Positions 13,026 to 27,437 of a stretch of 64,000 nt of DNA are shown here, piece by piece. Each line of letters starts with the position of its first letter. Position 1 is the stretch's first letter. This stretch comes from Eledone cirrhosa (Eukaryota): assembly GCA_964016885.1 (NCBI GenBank), contig OZ024742.1:328476001-328540000 (forward strand). Direction: 5' to 3'. The position numbers were made by a program, and so were the translations under genes. The notes under the pieces were generated by a model. The model was not told where the DNA came from, ran no database searches, and saw only the letters and a list, made by a program, of their open reading frames with translations.

Positions 13026-13030
<5 letters not shown>
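11851..13030 (+). mobile_element. Penelope-like pseudo-LTR with an inverted ~200-bp partial copy and a hammerhead-like motif (12869-12918)
   Basis: 11851-12048 is the reverse complement of 12744-12941. Motif agtt-CAGAAGA-tcccgttaagggt-GAAA-gca...tgc-TT-aaact. Internal ~140-bp tandem duplication at 12520-12790; (TA)n flanks. Confidence 0.65.
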
Positions 13031-13112
<82 letters not shown>

Positions 13113-13133
13113 TATATATGCTTATATATATGC

Positions 13134-13235
<102 letters not shown>

Positions 13236-13281
13236 CGTGCGTGTGTGTGTGTGTGTGTGTATGAGAGAGAGAGAGATATTG

Positions 13282-13312
<31 letters not shown>

Positions 13313-13314
13313 TA

Positions 13315-13515
13315 AAATTTATTATAGAAATGGTTTCTACAGAACTAGAACTGTTTGAATCGTTGGAAATCAGCCGTGCTTTCCTGAAGATGTCCTTCGA
13401 ATGAAGCAGTTCTAGTCCTGTAGAAAACATTTCTATATTAAATTTAATGTTTAAATCCTACTAATATATTGAGTACTTTACTTACTGTGGTTACCCCCGA
13501 TTGAATTCGGGACTC

Positions 13516-13517
<2 letters not shown>
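13315..13517 (+). mobile_element. (TA)n-embedded fold-back element with degenerate hammerhead (13380-13426)
   Basis: tttc-CTGAAGA-tgtccttcgaat-GAAG-cag-ttctagtc-ctg-TA-gaaa; 13315-13356 is inverted against 13404-13445. Confidence 0.6.
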
Positions 13518-13551
<34 letters not shown>

Positions 13552-15574
13552 AAATGTACACTTAAACATTATACTAAATTACCAAGATTTCTCCTTTTCA
13601 CTTGAATTTTTCCTTGGGAGATGGTTTTGGTCAATCCATCAGATCTTGTTCTGTGACCGTAACAGCTCATTTTCATCTCTTTGCAATGATTAGCAAGTCT
13701 TCATGGTTGCCCACGTATGAGATATATAAGATATTTAAATAGCAACTGTTATGATATGAATATATAAGAGCGAAGTTATGTAATTATGTTCCAAAATACA
13801 GTCCAGAGGTTTATATCTGAGTAGTCGAAATTTTGAATTTTGTATTTGTGTGTGGGTAGGGGATATCTTTTTCAAAGAAGTTACAGACTCTGTAACGTTT
13901 CTTGAATTATTTATTTGGTCCAGACAAAAAGAAACAACTAACATTGTTTACGCCGGAAGCACTGGCATAAGCAGCTGAAAAAATTATTGATTAGAAAATA
14001 ATTCATTTAAAGTAATTGTGAAAATTAGTATAGTATTATGAAAAATTAAAACAAAAATATGTTTTCTGAGATAATTAAATAAATTGTAAGAGTAAACTAA
14101 TATTTTAAGTACTGCCTTTGATTATTTGGGGTGCATTTTTATGGAGCTCAAATTTATCCATCTTCTGAAGAGCTTGCATCTAATAATTCTAAGTAAATGA
14201 ACAATTGTAGACGAACTTTAATTGTCAGCACATTTTAAAGCTGTATCTGAAAAATATAGTGAATTCATGTGATTAAATTTAATTTTGGTGTTAATAAACA
14301 TTAGTATTGTTAGATACGGTCGGTAGGTATTGATATTTGGAGACAAACATCGACTTTTAAACTAATGGTTGACTTCATTACAAAATACAGGATGAGAATA
14401 CTTTATCCGATACACAGGACATGTTTCAGAGTCCGGAATCGACGGATGTTGGAATACCCAATTATATTTCATCATATAGGTTGTTATAAGGTACAATGCG
14501 CCATGAAGGCACAGTTATATGTATAGTTATATTATATTATATTAATTTATGTTCATACACAGAACAAAATGGCTACCCAAGGTTGCAAGCCGCAATATTG
14601 ACCATATATCCAGAATGTAAGAGGGATCAAAATTGTGTCCTAACTTGAAAAATGCAGTCCTTACACCAATGGTACCAAGAGATGTCATCTGCCTTATGGG
14701 GAAATTTAGAATATTACAAGTTTTATCATCTTCGAAAAATAGGCATTTAGAGGATGCCTCCATCTCAAAAGCCAACTGCTTGCTAAGTGGAAATACTCAA
14801 TAAATTCGACTGATTTTCAACCATCTTAATTTGATTTACATACTTCTGTAATATTTTTTCTTTCCCTATCCACATTTACATAATTAAATACACATTCTAT
14901 ACGACTTTACTCCATACCTTAATAAATATTACCATCTCTTTATTACATTTCACCACATAATACTATATTTCTGCTGTAACCTAACATGTGTACATCACTA
15001 ACATGTGTACAATCTTGTTTTTCAAGTTTACATCTTGGAGTTATTTCCCTTTGTTATAATACGTATTTCTTAAACAAGCCTTTTTAGCACACATTACATT
15101 TAATGTTATCTTATAACCTCGTATAAGTGTCTGAAGATAGCTCACAATGTTGATTCCCCTTACATTCTGGAGATATAGTCAATATTGGGCTTTGAAATCT
15201 TAAGTAGCGCTTTTCTATTGTGTATAAACATAAATGAATAATATGTGTTGGTTTCTTCCCGATTGTACACTGTTTCCCTTTTTCACACACACACACACAG
15301 ACCCATATATATTGAGTTCTACCAAGGCATTTGCCATTTAGTAAAAATGAAGGGCAAAGATTTAACGATCACAGTGAGAGCTGATCTATAGCAAAGGGAT
15401 ATTTTTAGTAACGATGTTTGAGAAAGACCTAAGATGCTGATTTTTAATCGCGAAAATATAAAATATTATATAAAGAGATAATTTATTAATTCACATATAG
15501 TGTCCACCCCCACCCCCACCCCCACCAATGTTTTAACAGTATGTGTCGATATCTTCACCATTCAGATAATGGTT

Positions 15575-15760
15575 ATAATTGTTTCTACTTTAGGCACAAG
15601 ACAAGCAATTACCCAGTACATTACTGGTACTTTATGTTATCGACCACGTAAGGATGAAAGGCAAAGTTAACCTCGGCGGGATTTGAACTCAGACTGTAAA
15701 GGGACGTAACTATGCTAGAAAGCATGGCGTCCAACCCTCTACCGATACTGCCAATTCACT
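15575..15760 (-). mobile_element. SINE family A
   Basis: Matches the family A consensus. Confidence 0.9.
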
Positions 15761-16420
15761 ATAATGCCTCTTGTGAAGACGTGTGTTATAATACTTAGGT
15801 TGTTCAGTTCAGGGCTGTAAGTTCATGAGTTCGATTTCAGAAGTGAGGTTGTTTTTAGTAAGATACTTTATTTCACGTTTCATTAATCTCGACAGCTGGA
15901 AAAAATGTAACCAAATTTCAATGGATCGGCCTCGTCACACACTGTGTCACTTTAAATATCCTTAAAAAATATTTTGAAATTAAACCTGTTAGTAAAATAT
16001 AATGCTCTGCCAGTAATACGTTAATTTCCAGAGCAAACTGCTCCATTCGTCAAACAAATGGATCACCTGTCTTTCGAAACGAAGGAGATACAACACACAT
16101 CGGTAACCAATCATATTTCATTATTCCCTTACAACCATTCAACGTATGTTAAGATATTCAAATATTCTATTTTTACCGTCGGCTCGTTATACACCGTATG
16201 TCAGTGGTTTTCTATCATAAACTGAAAAAAGTAAATAAATATTTGTGAAATTATTCAGCTTCCAATGAAAGATATCACTTTACGTCCAATAAGGATTTTG
16301 GTGCGGTAAAATGGGAAGTTCAACTCCGAGGACTCCCACTTGTAAGTAAAATACTTGTAACTATAAAAATATTGGAGTGTGCAATACACACACAGAGAAC
16401 AGAGCGTATATATACCTATT

Positions 16421-16502
<82 letters not shown>

Positions 16503-16503
16503 T

Positions 16504-16572
<69 letters not shown>

Positions 16573-16756
16573 TATATTAATTATGTTTATATGTATATAT
16601 TTAATATATATATATATATATATATTTTTTTTTTTATATTTATTATATATATATATATTTATTATATATATATATATATATTTATTATATATATATATAT
16701 ATATTTATTTATTATATATATATATATTTATATGTATTATATATATATATATATAT

Positions 16757-17180
16757 ACAATATATTAACAAATGGAAACTATATTCATAAAACCATGTTT
16801 ATTTTATTATACATATTTCAGGGGCCACCAAGGTAAATTATGGTGCGCTTTCATCAGATAACATACAATAAAATTAATTTTATAAATAAATATTGACATA
16901 CCCAGGAAGCTCCAACCATTAAGGTTGTCTTTTTTCAGGGTATGTCAATATTTATTTATAAAACTAATCTATATTGTATTTTATCTGATGAAAGCACACC
17001 ATAATTTACCTTGGTGGCCCTTGAAATATATATAATACAATAAATATTGTTTTATAAATGTAGTTTCCATTTGTTAATGTATTGTATATTTACTCCAATT
17101 ATCTGTTGAGTGCTTTATATCAGTTATAAAAATATGTTTAAGCTTGTTGTATCCCAACGAATTAAATATAACCTCTGCAT
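16757..17180. mobile_element. (TA)n-embedded fold-back element with a hammerhead in each arm
   Basis: Arms about 16757-16905 and 16936-17088. Plus HHR: ttat-CTGATGA-aagcacacca...tggtggccctt-GAAA-tatata-TA-ata (16981-17038). Minus HHR at 16804-16862. Confidence 0.72.
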
Positions 17181-17208
17181 ATCTATATATATATATATTT
17201 ATATTTAT

Positions 17209-17275
<67 letters not shown>

Positions 17276-17443
17276 TTATATATATATAGATATTTATATT
17301 TATTATATATATTATATATATATTTATTATATATATATATGTATCTATTATATATATATTTATTATATATATATATTTATTATATATATATATATATATT
17401 TATTATATATATATTTATTATATATATATATTTATTATATATA

Positions 17444-17491
<48 letters not shown>

Positions 17492-17593
17492 TATATATAT
17501 ATATATATATTTATTATATATATATTTTTATTATATATAATAAAGTACCAGTAATGCACTGAAATTTTCTGGCCTTGTGACAAAAGTAGAAAC

Positions 17594-17732
<139 letters not shown>

Positions 17733-17765
17733 TATATATATATTATATAAATATATATATATATT

Positions 17766-18131
17766 ATAACCTGTAAAATAAGCCCCCATATTAACTGTAA
17801 AACTAGAAATGTAGTGTATTGCATAAGATGTACTGAAGGACAATGTAGAGACAAAAATATAGTGTACATAGGTGAGACAGCCCGTAGTGCAGGGGAACGG
17901 ATAAATGAACACTGGCGAGACCTTCAAGATAGTAAAGAATCATCTGTACTCTACCAACATGCTAAAATAGAACATAAGGGTAAATTAGAGAACATAGAAA
18001 TAAAAATAGAATCTACACACTGAAAAGACGCAATGTTTAGACAATTCACTGAGGCAATAAACATAAAAGAGTTACAACCAAAATTAAATAGAAAATATGA
18101 GTGGAACAGCAACATCACAACTTACAATTAA
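17766..18131 (+). pseudogene. GIY-YIG endonuclease C-terminal fragment of a Penelope-like retroelement
   Basis: [49 protein letters not shown]...LYQHAKIEH...H*KDAMFRQFTEAINIKELQPKLNRKYEW. Contains VVY...YIGET and CCHH residues; one in-frame TGA at 18021. Confidence 0.9.
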
Positions 18132-18570
18132 GGACAAAATGAAAACACACACACACATAGAACAAGCAACCAACCGGTAACATGTAAATAAACAAATAAA
18201 TAAACAAATATAAACACATACAGACACCCGGATGTGGCGCATGCGCAGACTGAGCACACAACACACACACAGAAACAAAATGGCGTAGGACAGAACAAAT
18301 GAGAGGCACAAAAACAAAGAAAAGTATCCCCAGTCACTGATGAGGTCACAGAATGTGTGACGAATGAACTTTGACAATATATAAACAATTATCTGGTTGT
18401 GGAACCAACCAACCAACCAGAAAGTTATAAATTTATGAATTCCTAAATTTATGAAAGCAACTGGTGCGTGTGTTTCTTATTGGCAACATGACCCTCCCAA
18501 AGTATAACAATATCGGTTTCAACACACGATTTCAGATAAAGAATCTTGCTAAACAAATTCAGAAACACAA
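18132..18570 (+). mobile_element. Penelope-like pseudo-LTR/3' tail with minimal hammerhead at 18333-18375
   Basis: gtca-CTGATGA-ggtcacagaatgtgtgac-GAAT-gaac-TT-tgac, in sense with the GIY-YIG ORF; the element runs into (TA)n. Confidence 0.8.
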
Positions 18571-18578
18571 TATATGAA

Positions 18579-18609
<31 letters not shown>

Positions 18610-18810
18610 ATTATATATATATATATATTTATTATATATATATATGTATATTTATAATATATATATATATTTATTATATATATTATATATATATATATAT
18701 ATTTATTATATATATATATATATATATTTATTTATTATATATATATATAATATATATATATATATAGAATATATATAAATATATATATATATAATAAATA
18801 TAAATATATA

Positions 18811-18846
<36 letters not shown>

Positions 18847-18848
<2 letters not shown>

Positions 18849-19035
18849 CGAAGGAAATGTGGTAAGGAACCAGGTGGACCATAACGCACCAAAGTACTCA
18901 ATACTTGAGGTAGTCGAGTGGGTAATAGGAACCAGTAAGACCCCGACAGCTGAGCTCAAGCCGTTTCGACGGCTAATTCTGGACTGAATTAGCCGTCGAA
19001 ACGGCTTGAGCTCAGCTGTCGGGGTCTTACTGGTT

Positions 19036-19039
<4 letters not shown>
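18847..19039. mobile_element. Family B palindromic element, copy 2
   Basis: Homologous to 9117-9323 with the same centre and arm ends. Confidence 0.75.
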
Positions 19040-19114
<75 letters not shown>

Positions 19115-19213
19115 TATATATATTTATTTATTATATATATTTATTTATTATATATATATATTTATTATATATATATATTATATATATATCTTTATTATAT
19201 ATATATATATATC

Positions 19214-19276
<63 letters not shown>

Positions 19277-19277
19277 G

Positions 19278-19480
19278 TATGAAATATTTCGTATCTTCCA
19301 GTCCAGCAGTCGCAAGGGGTCGGAGGGAACGTCCTGACGGTGGCCAGTTAAGCCTGAAATGCATAGACGGTTGTCCTCCTTGCTCCCGCTGGACAGCACC
19401 AGAGGGCGTTCGCCCCCGGGGTTTGCATAACTACGGCTTTCTAAAACCGTATTCTCTTTGGAGATACGAAATATTTATAC
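19278..19480 (+). mobile_element. ~200-bp GC-rich element with ~22-bp terminal inverted repeats and a minimal hammerhead (19330-19369)
   Basis: gtatgaaatatttcgtatcttcca ... tggagatacgaaatatttatac; cgtc-CTGACGG-tggccagttaagcct-GAAA-tgca-TA-gacg. Confidence 0.68.
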
Positions 19481-19745
19481 ATATTGTATATATTTATATT
19501 TATTTTATATATATATTTATTATATATATATATTTATTATATATATATATATATTATATATATATATATATTTATTATATATGTATATATATATTTATTA
19601 TATATATATATATTTATTATATATATATATTTATTAGATAAATATATTTATTATATATATATAATTTTTATATATATATATATACATATATATTCATATA
19701 TATATATATAGAGAGATATATATATTATATATATGTATATATATA

Positions 19746-19808
<63 letters not shown>

Positions 19809-20045
19809 TTTATATAACATATATATATACATATATATATATACATATATATATATATACATATATTATATATATGTATATATATATATATTTAATATAT
19901 ATATATATATATATATATAAATATTTATATAACATATATATATACATATATATATATACATATATATATATATACATATATAGATATATATATTATATAT
20001 ATGTATATATATATATTTAATATATATATATATATATATGTATTT

Positions 20046-20081
<36 letters not shown>

Positions 20082-20097
20082 GAAAAATATATATATA

Positions 20098-20139
<42 letters not shown>

Positions 20140-20171
20140 TATATAATATATATATATATAATATATATATA

Positions 20172-20259
<88 letters not shown>

Positions 20260-20800
20260 TATATATATAATTTATATATGTATATATATGTAATAAATAT
20301 ATGTATATGTATATAAATTATATACATATATATATACATATATATTTATACATATATATATATATATATATACATTATATACATATATATATATACATAT
20401 ATATATATACAAATATATATATACAAATATATGTATATACATATAGATATATATATATATATGTATACATATATATATATGTATACACATTATATACATA
20501 TATACATATATCCATATATATATATACATATATGTATACTTACATATATGTATACACATTATATACATTTATCATTTTATACATATATATATATATATAT
20601 ATATATGTATACATACATATATGTATACACATTATATACATATATATATATATATGTATACTTACATATATGTATACACATTATATACATTTATCATATT
20701 TATACATATGTATTATATATATATATTTATTATATATATATATATACATTTAGCATATATTGATTTATTATATATATATATTCATCATATATATATATTT

Positions 20801-20890
<90 letters not shown>

Positions 20891-20924
20891 TATATATATA
20901 TATATATAAATACATATATTTACT

Positions 20925-21390
20925 CTTTTCCTCTTCTACCTGTTCCAGTCATCCGGCTGAGGCCATGCTGTGGCCCCGTCCTTGTGCTACACATTTTATC
21001 TGCAGCCTGTATTGGTTGGCAACTGGTGCAAGAGTGAGTTTGTTGCTACTACACTTATGTTTCCATCGTGCCTTGCTGTTGGCTCATCCGGAATCTTGGA
21101 TACCAAGGATTCCTTGAAGAGATCCAACTCCACACCATGCAGATCTCTCAGATCCCTCGCTAGCTTGCTGAAGAGTTGAGGGCTCTTGAGTCCCAGGCTA
21201 TTGCAATATCTGCTCCTTATGGTAGATGTGTAATACGGGTCCGTGGGAACCACACAGTGACGTCCTGTTCGACGGTTATTCCAGCTCCCAATGCCAAAGT
21301 TTGAAGCTCGTCCCTCCAGGATATTCCACACGTAGATCACTGCGTATCTCTCCCGTCTTCGTTCAAATAGTAGGGGTTCATTGCTTTTAG
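20925..21390 (-). mobile_element. 3' fragment of a CR1/L2-like LINE
   Basis: [18 protein letters not shown]...PQLFSKL..DLRDLHGVELDLFK...KIPDEP...TNSLLHQ, typical of the ORF2 C-terminus in this LINE group. Confidence 0.72.
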
Positions 21391-21403
21391 TATCTCTCTC
21401 TCT

Positions 21404-21518
<115 letters not shown>

Positions 21519-21688
21519 GTGTATATATGTATTTATATATATATATATAAAATATATGTATATATGTATATATATATAAATATATGTATATATATATAAA
21601 TATAAATATATATATGAATATGTATATATAAATATATATATATGTATGTATATGTATATATAAATATATATATATATATATGTATATA

Positions 21689-21744
<56 letters not shown>

Positions 21745-21780
21745 TATATATATGTATATATATATAAATATATATATATG

Positions 21781-21850
<70 letters not shown>

Positions 21851-22004
21851 TAAATATTGATGCTAAAAGAACTGAACCCCTACACCTTGGAACGAAGACG
21901 GGAGAGATACGCAGTGATCTACACATATATATATATATATATATATTTACGTATATATATATACATATATATATACACATATATATACATATATATATAT
22001 TTAC

Positions 22005-22035
<31 letters not shown>

Positions 22036-22046
22036 TATATATATAC

Positions 22047-22158
<112 letters not shown>

Positions 22159-22354
22159 CATATATATATACATATATATATACATATATTTACATATATA
22201 TATGCACACGTAAACAAGTAGAGTCTGAATAAAATGCCTCTATGCATAGCCATATAAATCATTATAAAATTTATTCGACTGCGTGTGGCAATATTTGTTT
22301 ATATATATGTACCTCTTTGTCTACGCATCTCTACACACACACAGACACCTATGC

Positions 22355-22395
<41 letters not shown>

Positions 22396-22846
22396 CATAC
22401 ATACGCAAATATATATTTGCATTAATAATACATATGATAGAATCAACTGCAGCAGCAGGAGTAGCCCGATAAACATCGAATTCTGTGAAACTGAAATCAT
22501 TAAATTTGTTACAGAATGATAAACATCAACTCACTTTGAAATTTGATCATTTTTCTCAGACTTTCTCGCAGAGATTACAAACTAATTAAATTTTGGCTTT
22601 AATGCGTTTTCCATACGACAGAATATGCTATTATCACCTTAAATGCAGGACATCTCCTTCAGATATGTTTCTTATACTATATGTTTCACTCTTTTCTGTC
22701 TTACAAACGTGCACCGTATCTATGCAGCCTCCCTCCCTCATATTCTCACCCACACCTTAATTTTTATCTGCCTTACTCCTTCCGTCGATTAAATTCTTTT
22801 CTGTAAAATATCAAACCTTTCCAATCACTATCTGATTCCTATATAC

Positions 22847-22904
<58 letters not shown>

Positions 22905-23296
22905 GTGTGTATATATAATATATATATTTGTGTGTGTGCATGTGTGCGTGTATTATATCATACTATATATATATATATATAGTATGATATATATACATAT
23001 ATATGTACATATATATATGTGTATATATATCTATATATATAAACATATATATACATATACACCATAGTCTTGTCTCTTGTTCATTTGTTACTCTTCCTTA
23101 TGCCTTTTTCGTAAATACACGTTAAGACTTTGTCCTTTACGCGCAAAGTCTTAACGTGTATTTACGAAATTACACGTTAAGACGGTCTCTTGTGCACTAG
23201 AGGCAGTTGTATCGATCTTAAAACACTCAAACATTAGCAGTCGATTAATGTGATGGGACAGTCTATATTCGTTCATTTTCCAGTCTTCTGCCATAT

Positions 23297-23346
<50 letters not shown>

Positions 23347-26300
23347 GTAACTTTAATGCACTGAAAGTGTAGTGATCTCCAGAAGTTGAATCAGATGCGA
23401 CTATCCGTTTCTCCGTAACATTTTTTGTTGTCTTTGTCCTGTGCGCCCCCTTACTTATACCACACAAGACTTTATGATTCTGAGTTCAACACTCTCTTCA
23501 TTAGGCCACTTGCCTACACGTTCCATAGTTAAACTTGATTGAAGCCTAGCATCCAAAATTGCTTCACTATGTTGAAGGATTCAAATATGTTTCCGATTTC
23601 GTTCCATAGTTAAGGTTACTTAAACGCGTAACACAAATACAATTCATGACAAGCTGAGCATTATGCAGATTTTTACTGTACACAACAAAATACTTCCTAT
23701 ATAAAAGGTAATTATTTATTTCACCAAGAAAGCAAATAGTCAGTCGTGCTAGAGCATCGTATTAAACGTTCCTTCAATTCATCTTTGCCCTTCATTCTAT
23801 CGGGGTCCCTAAATATAATAGCATTTCATGGGGTATGGATTGGCGAAACTATTAGAATCTGGCGGGAACTTTGCGGTATCTGTTTGAGCATTTTTCATTT
23901 TTAAATCCCGCCTCATTCAGCCAAATGTTGTGGACAGGAGGTATTTTCCGAATTCAAAAGACCAATGGAATCTCAGTTTCCCCCGTTCGATCTGACAATC
24001 AGCTCATTTCCCGGTCAATATTATTAGAATAATGTAAGTTTGAGATTAATATTGATTATGATGATATGGCATCACATCAACAACCTAAAATTAATTCAAT
24101 TTTTATTTTACACATTTCCACCATCCATATGGTTGCTCATTTTAAAAATAAATAACAGCTAAATACCCTTCAAATCAAAGTCATAATAAAAGAACACGTT
24201 CGCTTTACTTCTTAAATACATTGTGTCGAAGAACACAAAGGGATGATCATAAAAGAAATGCGTTTTTATCCGAATTAATTACGAGGTAAACAACATCAAC
24301 AATAATAGTTTCAGATTTAGGCTCAACGCCAACATGTTTTGGGGAGGGGGAAAAATGTCCATTAAATTGATCCCAGTGCATTACTTCGGAAGATGCAATT
24401 GTCAACAAAACAATTACTAGAGCCAAACTTCTCATTAATCCTGCCATACTATCTTAAATATAGAAAGGGATACGATGGATATTGTGGAGCTAAATAGAGT
24501 CCTAAAAGGTTATTTTCACGTCCGGAATGCATGATATCCTAGTTCTGCTCAATTACCGCTGACAAAGGTCTAAACAACACCACAGACTTTCTCATAACGG
24601 CTTTCTTTGGACCTAGGGTTGGGCCAAATATATCTTTAAATAAGATTTCATAGTTTTAGATGATGAAATTTTCTCTCTAAACAATTTCTCTTTCATTTAA
24701 TGTCTTATAAAAAGTGATAGGCATTGACGGTAAAATATAAGCATTTTGGAAATTCGTATAAGAGTTCAGTTTGGAAATAACTGCTCCTCAGGAACATCAG
24801 CCTACCAAATATTTTACGTAATAAACATATTCTACACAAAAAATTCAGCATTAATCCTCATTATACTAAGATACATCTGGGTCTATGATACAAAACTTTA
24901 TGTTCCTAACAAATGGTTAATTATTCTAGATTATTAAAAGAAATATTTGACTCTCATCAGAAACTGCTGTCTTTGACTGGAAATATGGTACCATAAGGAT
25001 TAAAGTGTTTAACCTTATCTAATAATCTCCAATCAAAATGATATATAATAATGTTTTATATACATTAAATACCAGCTTAATAATGGGAAAGTTAGTTCTA
25101 ACACTACATCCTTCAACAGTCTTGATTAAAATTAAAGTTTCTGCTCCGACAAAGCCGTATACATATAAGTATGGGAATTTCGTATATCTAAAGATATACA
25201 GTATGTTTACGAATAGACATTTGGAAAGACAAATATTTATTCGTAACCATAACGTATATCCGAAATTCCTATTCTTGATAAGTTTCAAGATTATTTGAAA
25301 ATCATAATGAATTTTTCATTAGAAATATAAGGAAGCTGTTAATATAACTGGAGAAACAACAAAAGAAATGTAGTCTACAAGCAGGATACTCGATTGCATA
25401 TCCAAAAGAAAATACTGTACAGTCAGTAAACAGTATTTGGGCACCTGTTGGTCCAACTTAAGCTGGCATGAACATGTTGAAAAGAGGGTAATCATGACGA
25501 GGACAATGATGATTGGCATGCTGATGGTGGATGAGGAGGATGGTGGTAGAAGGATAGGGATTATGGTGAAGGGGAATATGGGGGATAATGATGATGAGGA
25601 TGATAATGAGAATGATAATAATGTTGATGTTGATGATAATGTTGGGGATGAGGCTGCTGTTGATGATGAGGGCGATGATGATCAGAATGACGATCATGTA
25701 TGTAATGACGTGCATGATGATGAAAATAGCGATGTTGGTGTTGACAATGCGCATGGTAATTATGGACCTGAGAGTGGTGATGAGTGAGATGACGAGGAAG
25801 AGAATGAGAATGGTTTTGATTAATTTGATGATGATGATGCGGAGGAGAAGAAGGAGAGTAATGATGGTGTCTTTCAAAATCATATGAAAGAGGCGGAATG
25901 GAGATTGTGTGAGAGTCATGCCTCTCTGGCTATCATTAGAGACCTTATTGAAGTAAAGAGTAAGTGAAGGTCTGGTGATCCTGTCTCACTTCTAAAATTC
26001 TGCTCCTCAAAACTCATATATCAACAGCTGTTAGGACACGTGGCTTAGTGGGTACAGTGTTCAGCTCACGATTACAAGGTCATAATTTCGATTCCTGGTG
26101 GCATGTTTTTGTTCTTGAGCAAGACACGTTAATGCATGTTGCTCCAGTCCACTCAGATTAGATACGTCTATATTGTAAACTTACAGCCTTTCCACACCAC
26201 GTGTTGCGCTGAATCTGAGAAGTTCCTTAAGTAAACGCGTGTTTATGTAACGCTCAGCTACATGCCGCTAATTTCACGGGCATGTTGTTTTGTTCCATTG

Positions 26301-26709
26301 ATCAAGCAAAAGGATTACACCTCGACAGAACCGACAGAAATCCATCATACTTATATCAATAACTACAGCATCACCGAGAAAGGGAGGAATTTGTCGCCTG
26401 ATCATACCAAATAAACTTTGGTATGATCTTTCCATTGTTGTTGTTTTTTCATTGCTGAATCTAACTGCCGCTTGCTATAAATAACAACTCAACAAACAAT
26501 GCAGTTTTAAAAGCAAAAGTAACTATTTGACAGGTTAACCCTAGATCAGTATTACAATTTATTTCTGTATCCCCTTCTTTATACTTTCGTAATTTTCATC
26601 AGGGTATCATAAGAAAAACGTTGTCATCTATTACATAACATTAACAGACTTTATGTAATATTAGTAGTCATATATACAACATGATTTATTACGCACCATT
26701 AACAGTTTT

Positions 26710-27437
26710 GGTGGATTGGCAGTATCGGTAGAGGGTCGGACGCCATGCTTTGCAGCAAAGAGTTACAGCCCTTTATGGTCTGAGTTCAAATCCCGCCGAG
26801 GTTAACTTTGCCTTTCATCCTTACGGGTAGATAAAATAAAGTACCAGTAATACACTGGAATAATTGCTGGACTTGTGCCTAAAGTAGAAACAATTAACAG
26901 TTTTATATTCATTTGACATTAGTAGACTTGTATACAAGCCAATTACAGAATATTACCTGAATCGTAGATATTTATAATTAGTCGTCTTTTACACACTTTA
27001 TTATATAACATTAACAAACTTACATAAGTAGCACTGTATATCGCATGACCATAACAAAGACCTGTCAATTCTCCCCGTCGGTCGGGGAAATCTCCCACCT
27101 ACTTTGCTTTCATTATGTAAAATTGAATTCAAATCCCGCTGAGGTTAACTTTGCCTTTCATCCTTACGGGATCGATAAAATAAAGTACCAGTAATGTACT
27201 GGGTAATTTACTGGCCTTGTGCCAAAAGTAGAAACAATTATGTAAAATTGGTGGATTGGCAGTATCCTTAGAGGGTCGGACGCCATACTTTGACGTATAG
27301 AGTTACGGCCCTTGCCATTCTGAGTTCAAATTCCGCCGAAGTTAACTTTGCCTTCCATTCTTACGGGGTCGATAAAATAAAGTACCAGTAATGCACTGGG
27401 TAATTGCTGGCCTTGTGCCAAAAGTAGAAACAATTAT
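26710..27437 (+). mobile_element. Three SINE family A copies (26710-26896, 27125-27240 partial, 27250-27437)
   Basis: Match the family A consensus; the last two are in tandem and each is followed by tatgtaaaat. Confidence 0.9.

Noticed and set aside
25437-25919. Asp-rich and Met-rich ORFs
   Set aside because: Degenerate (GAT)n low-complexity sequence
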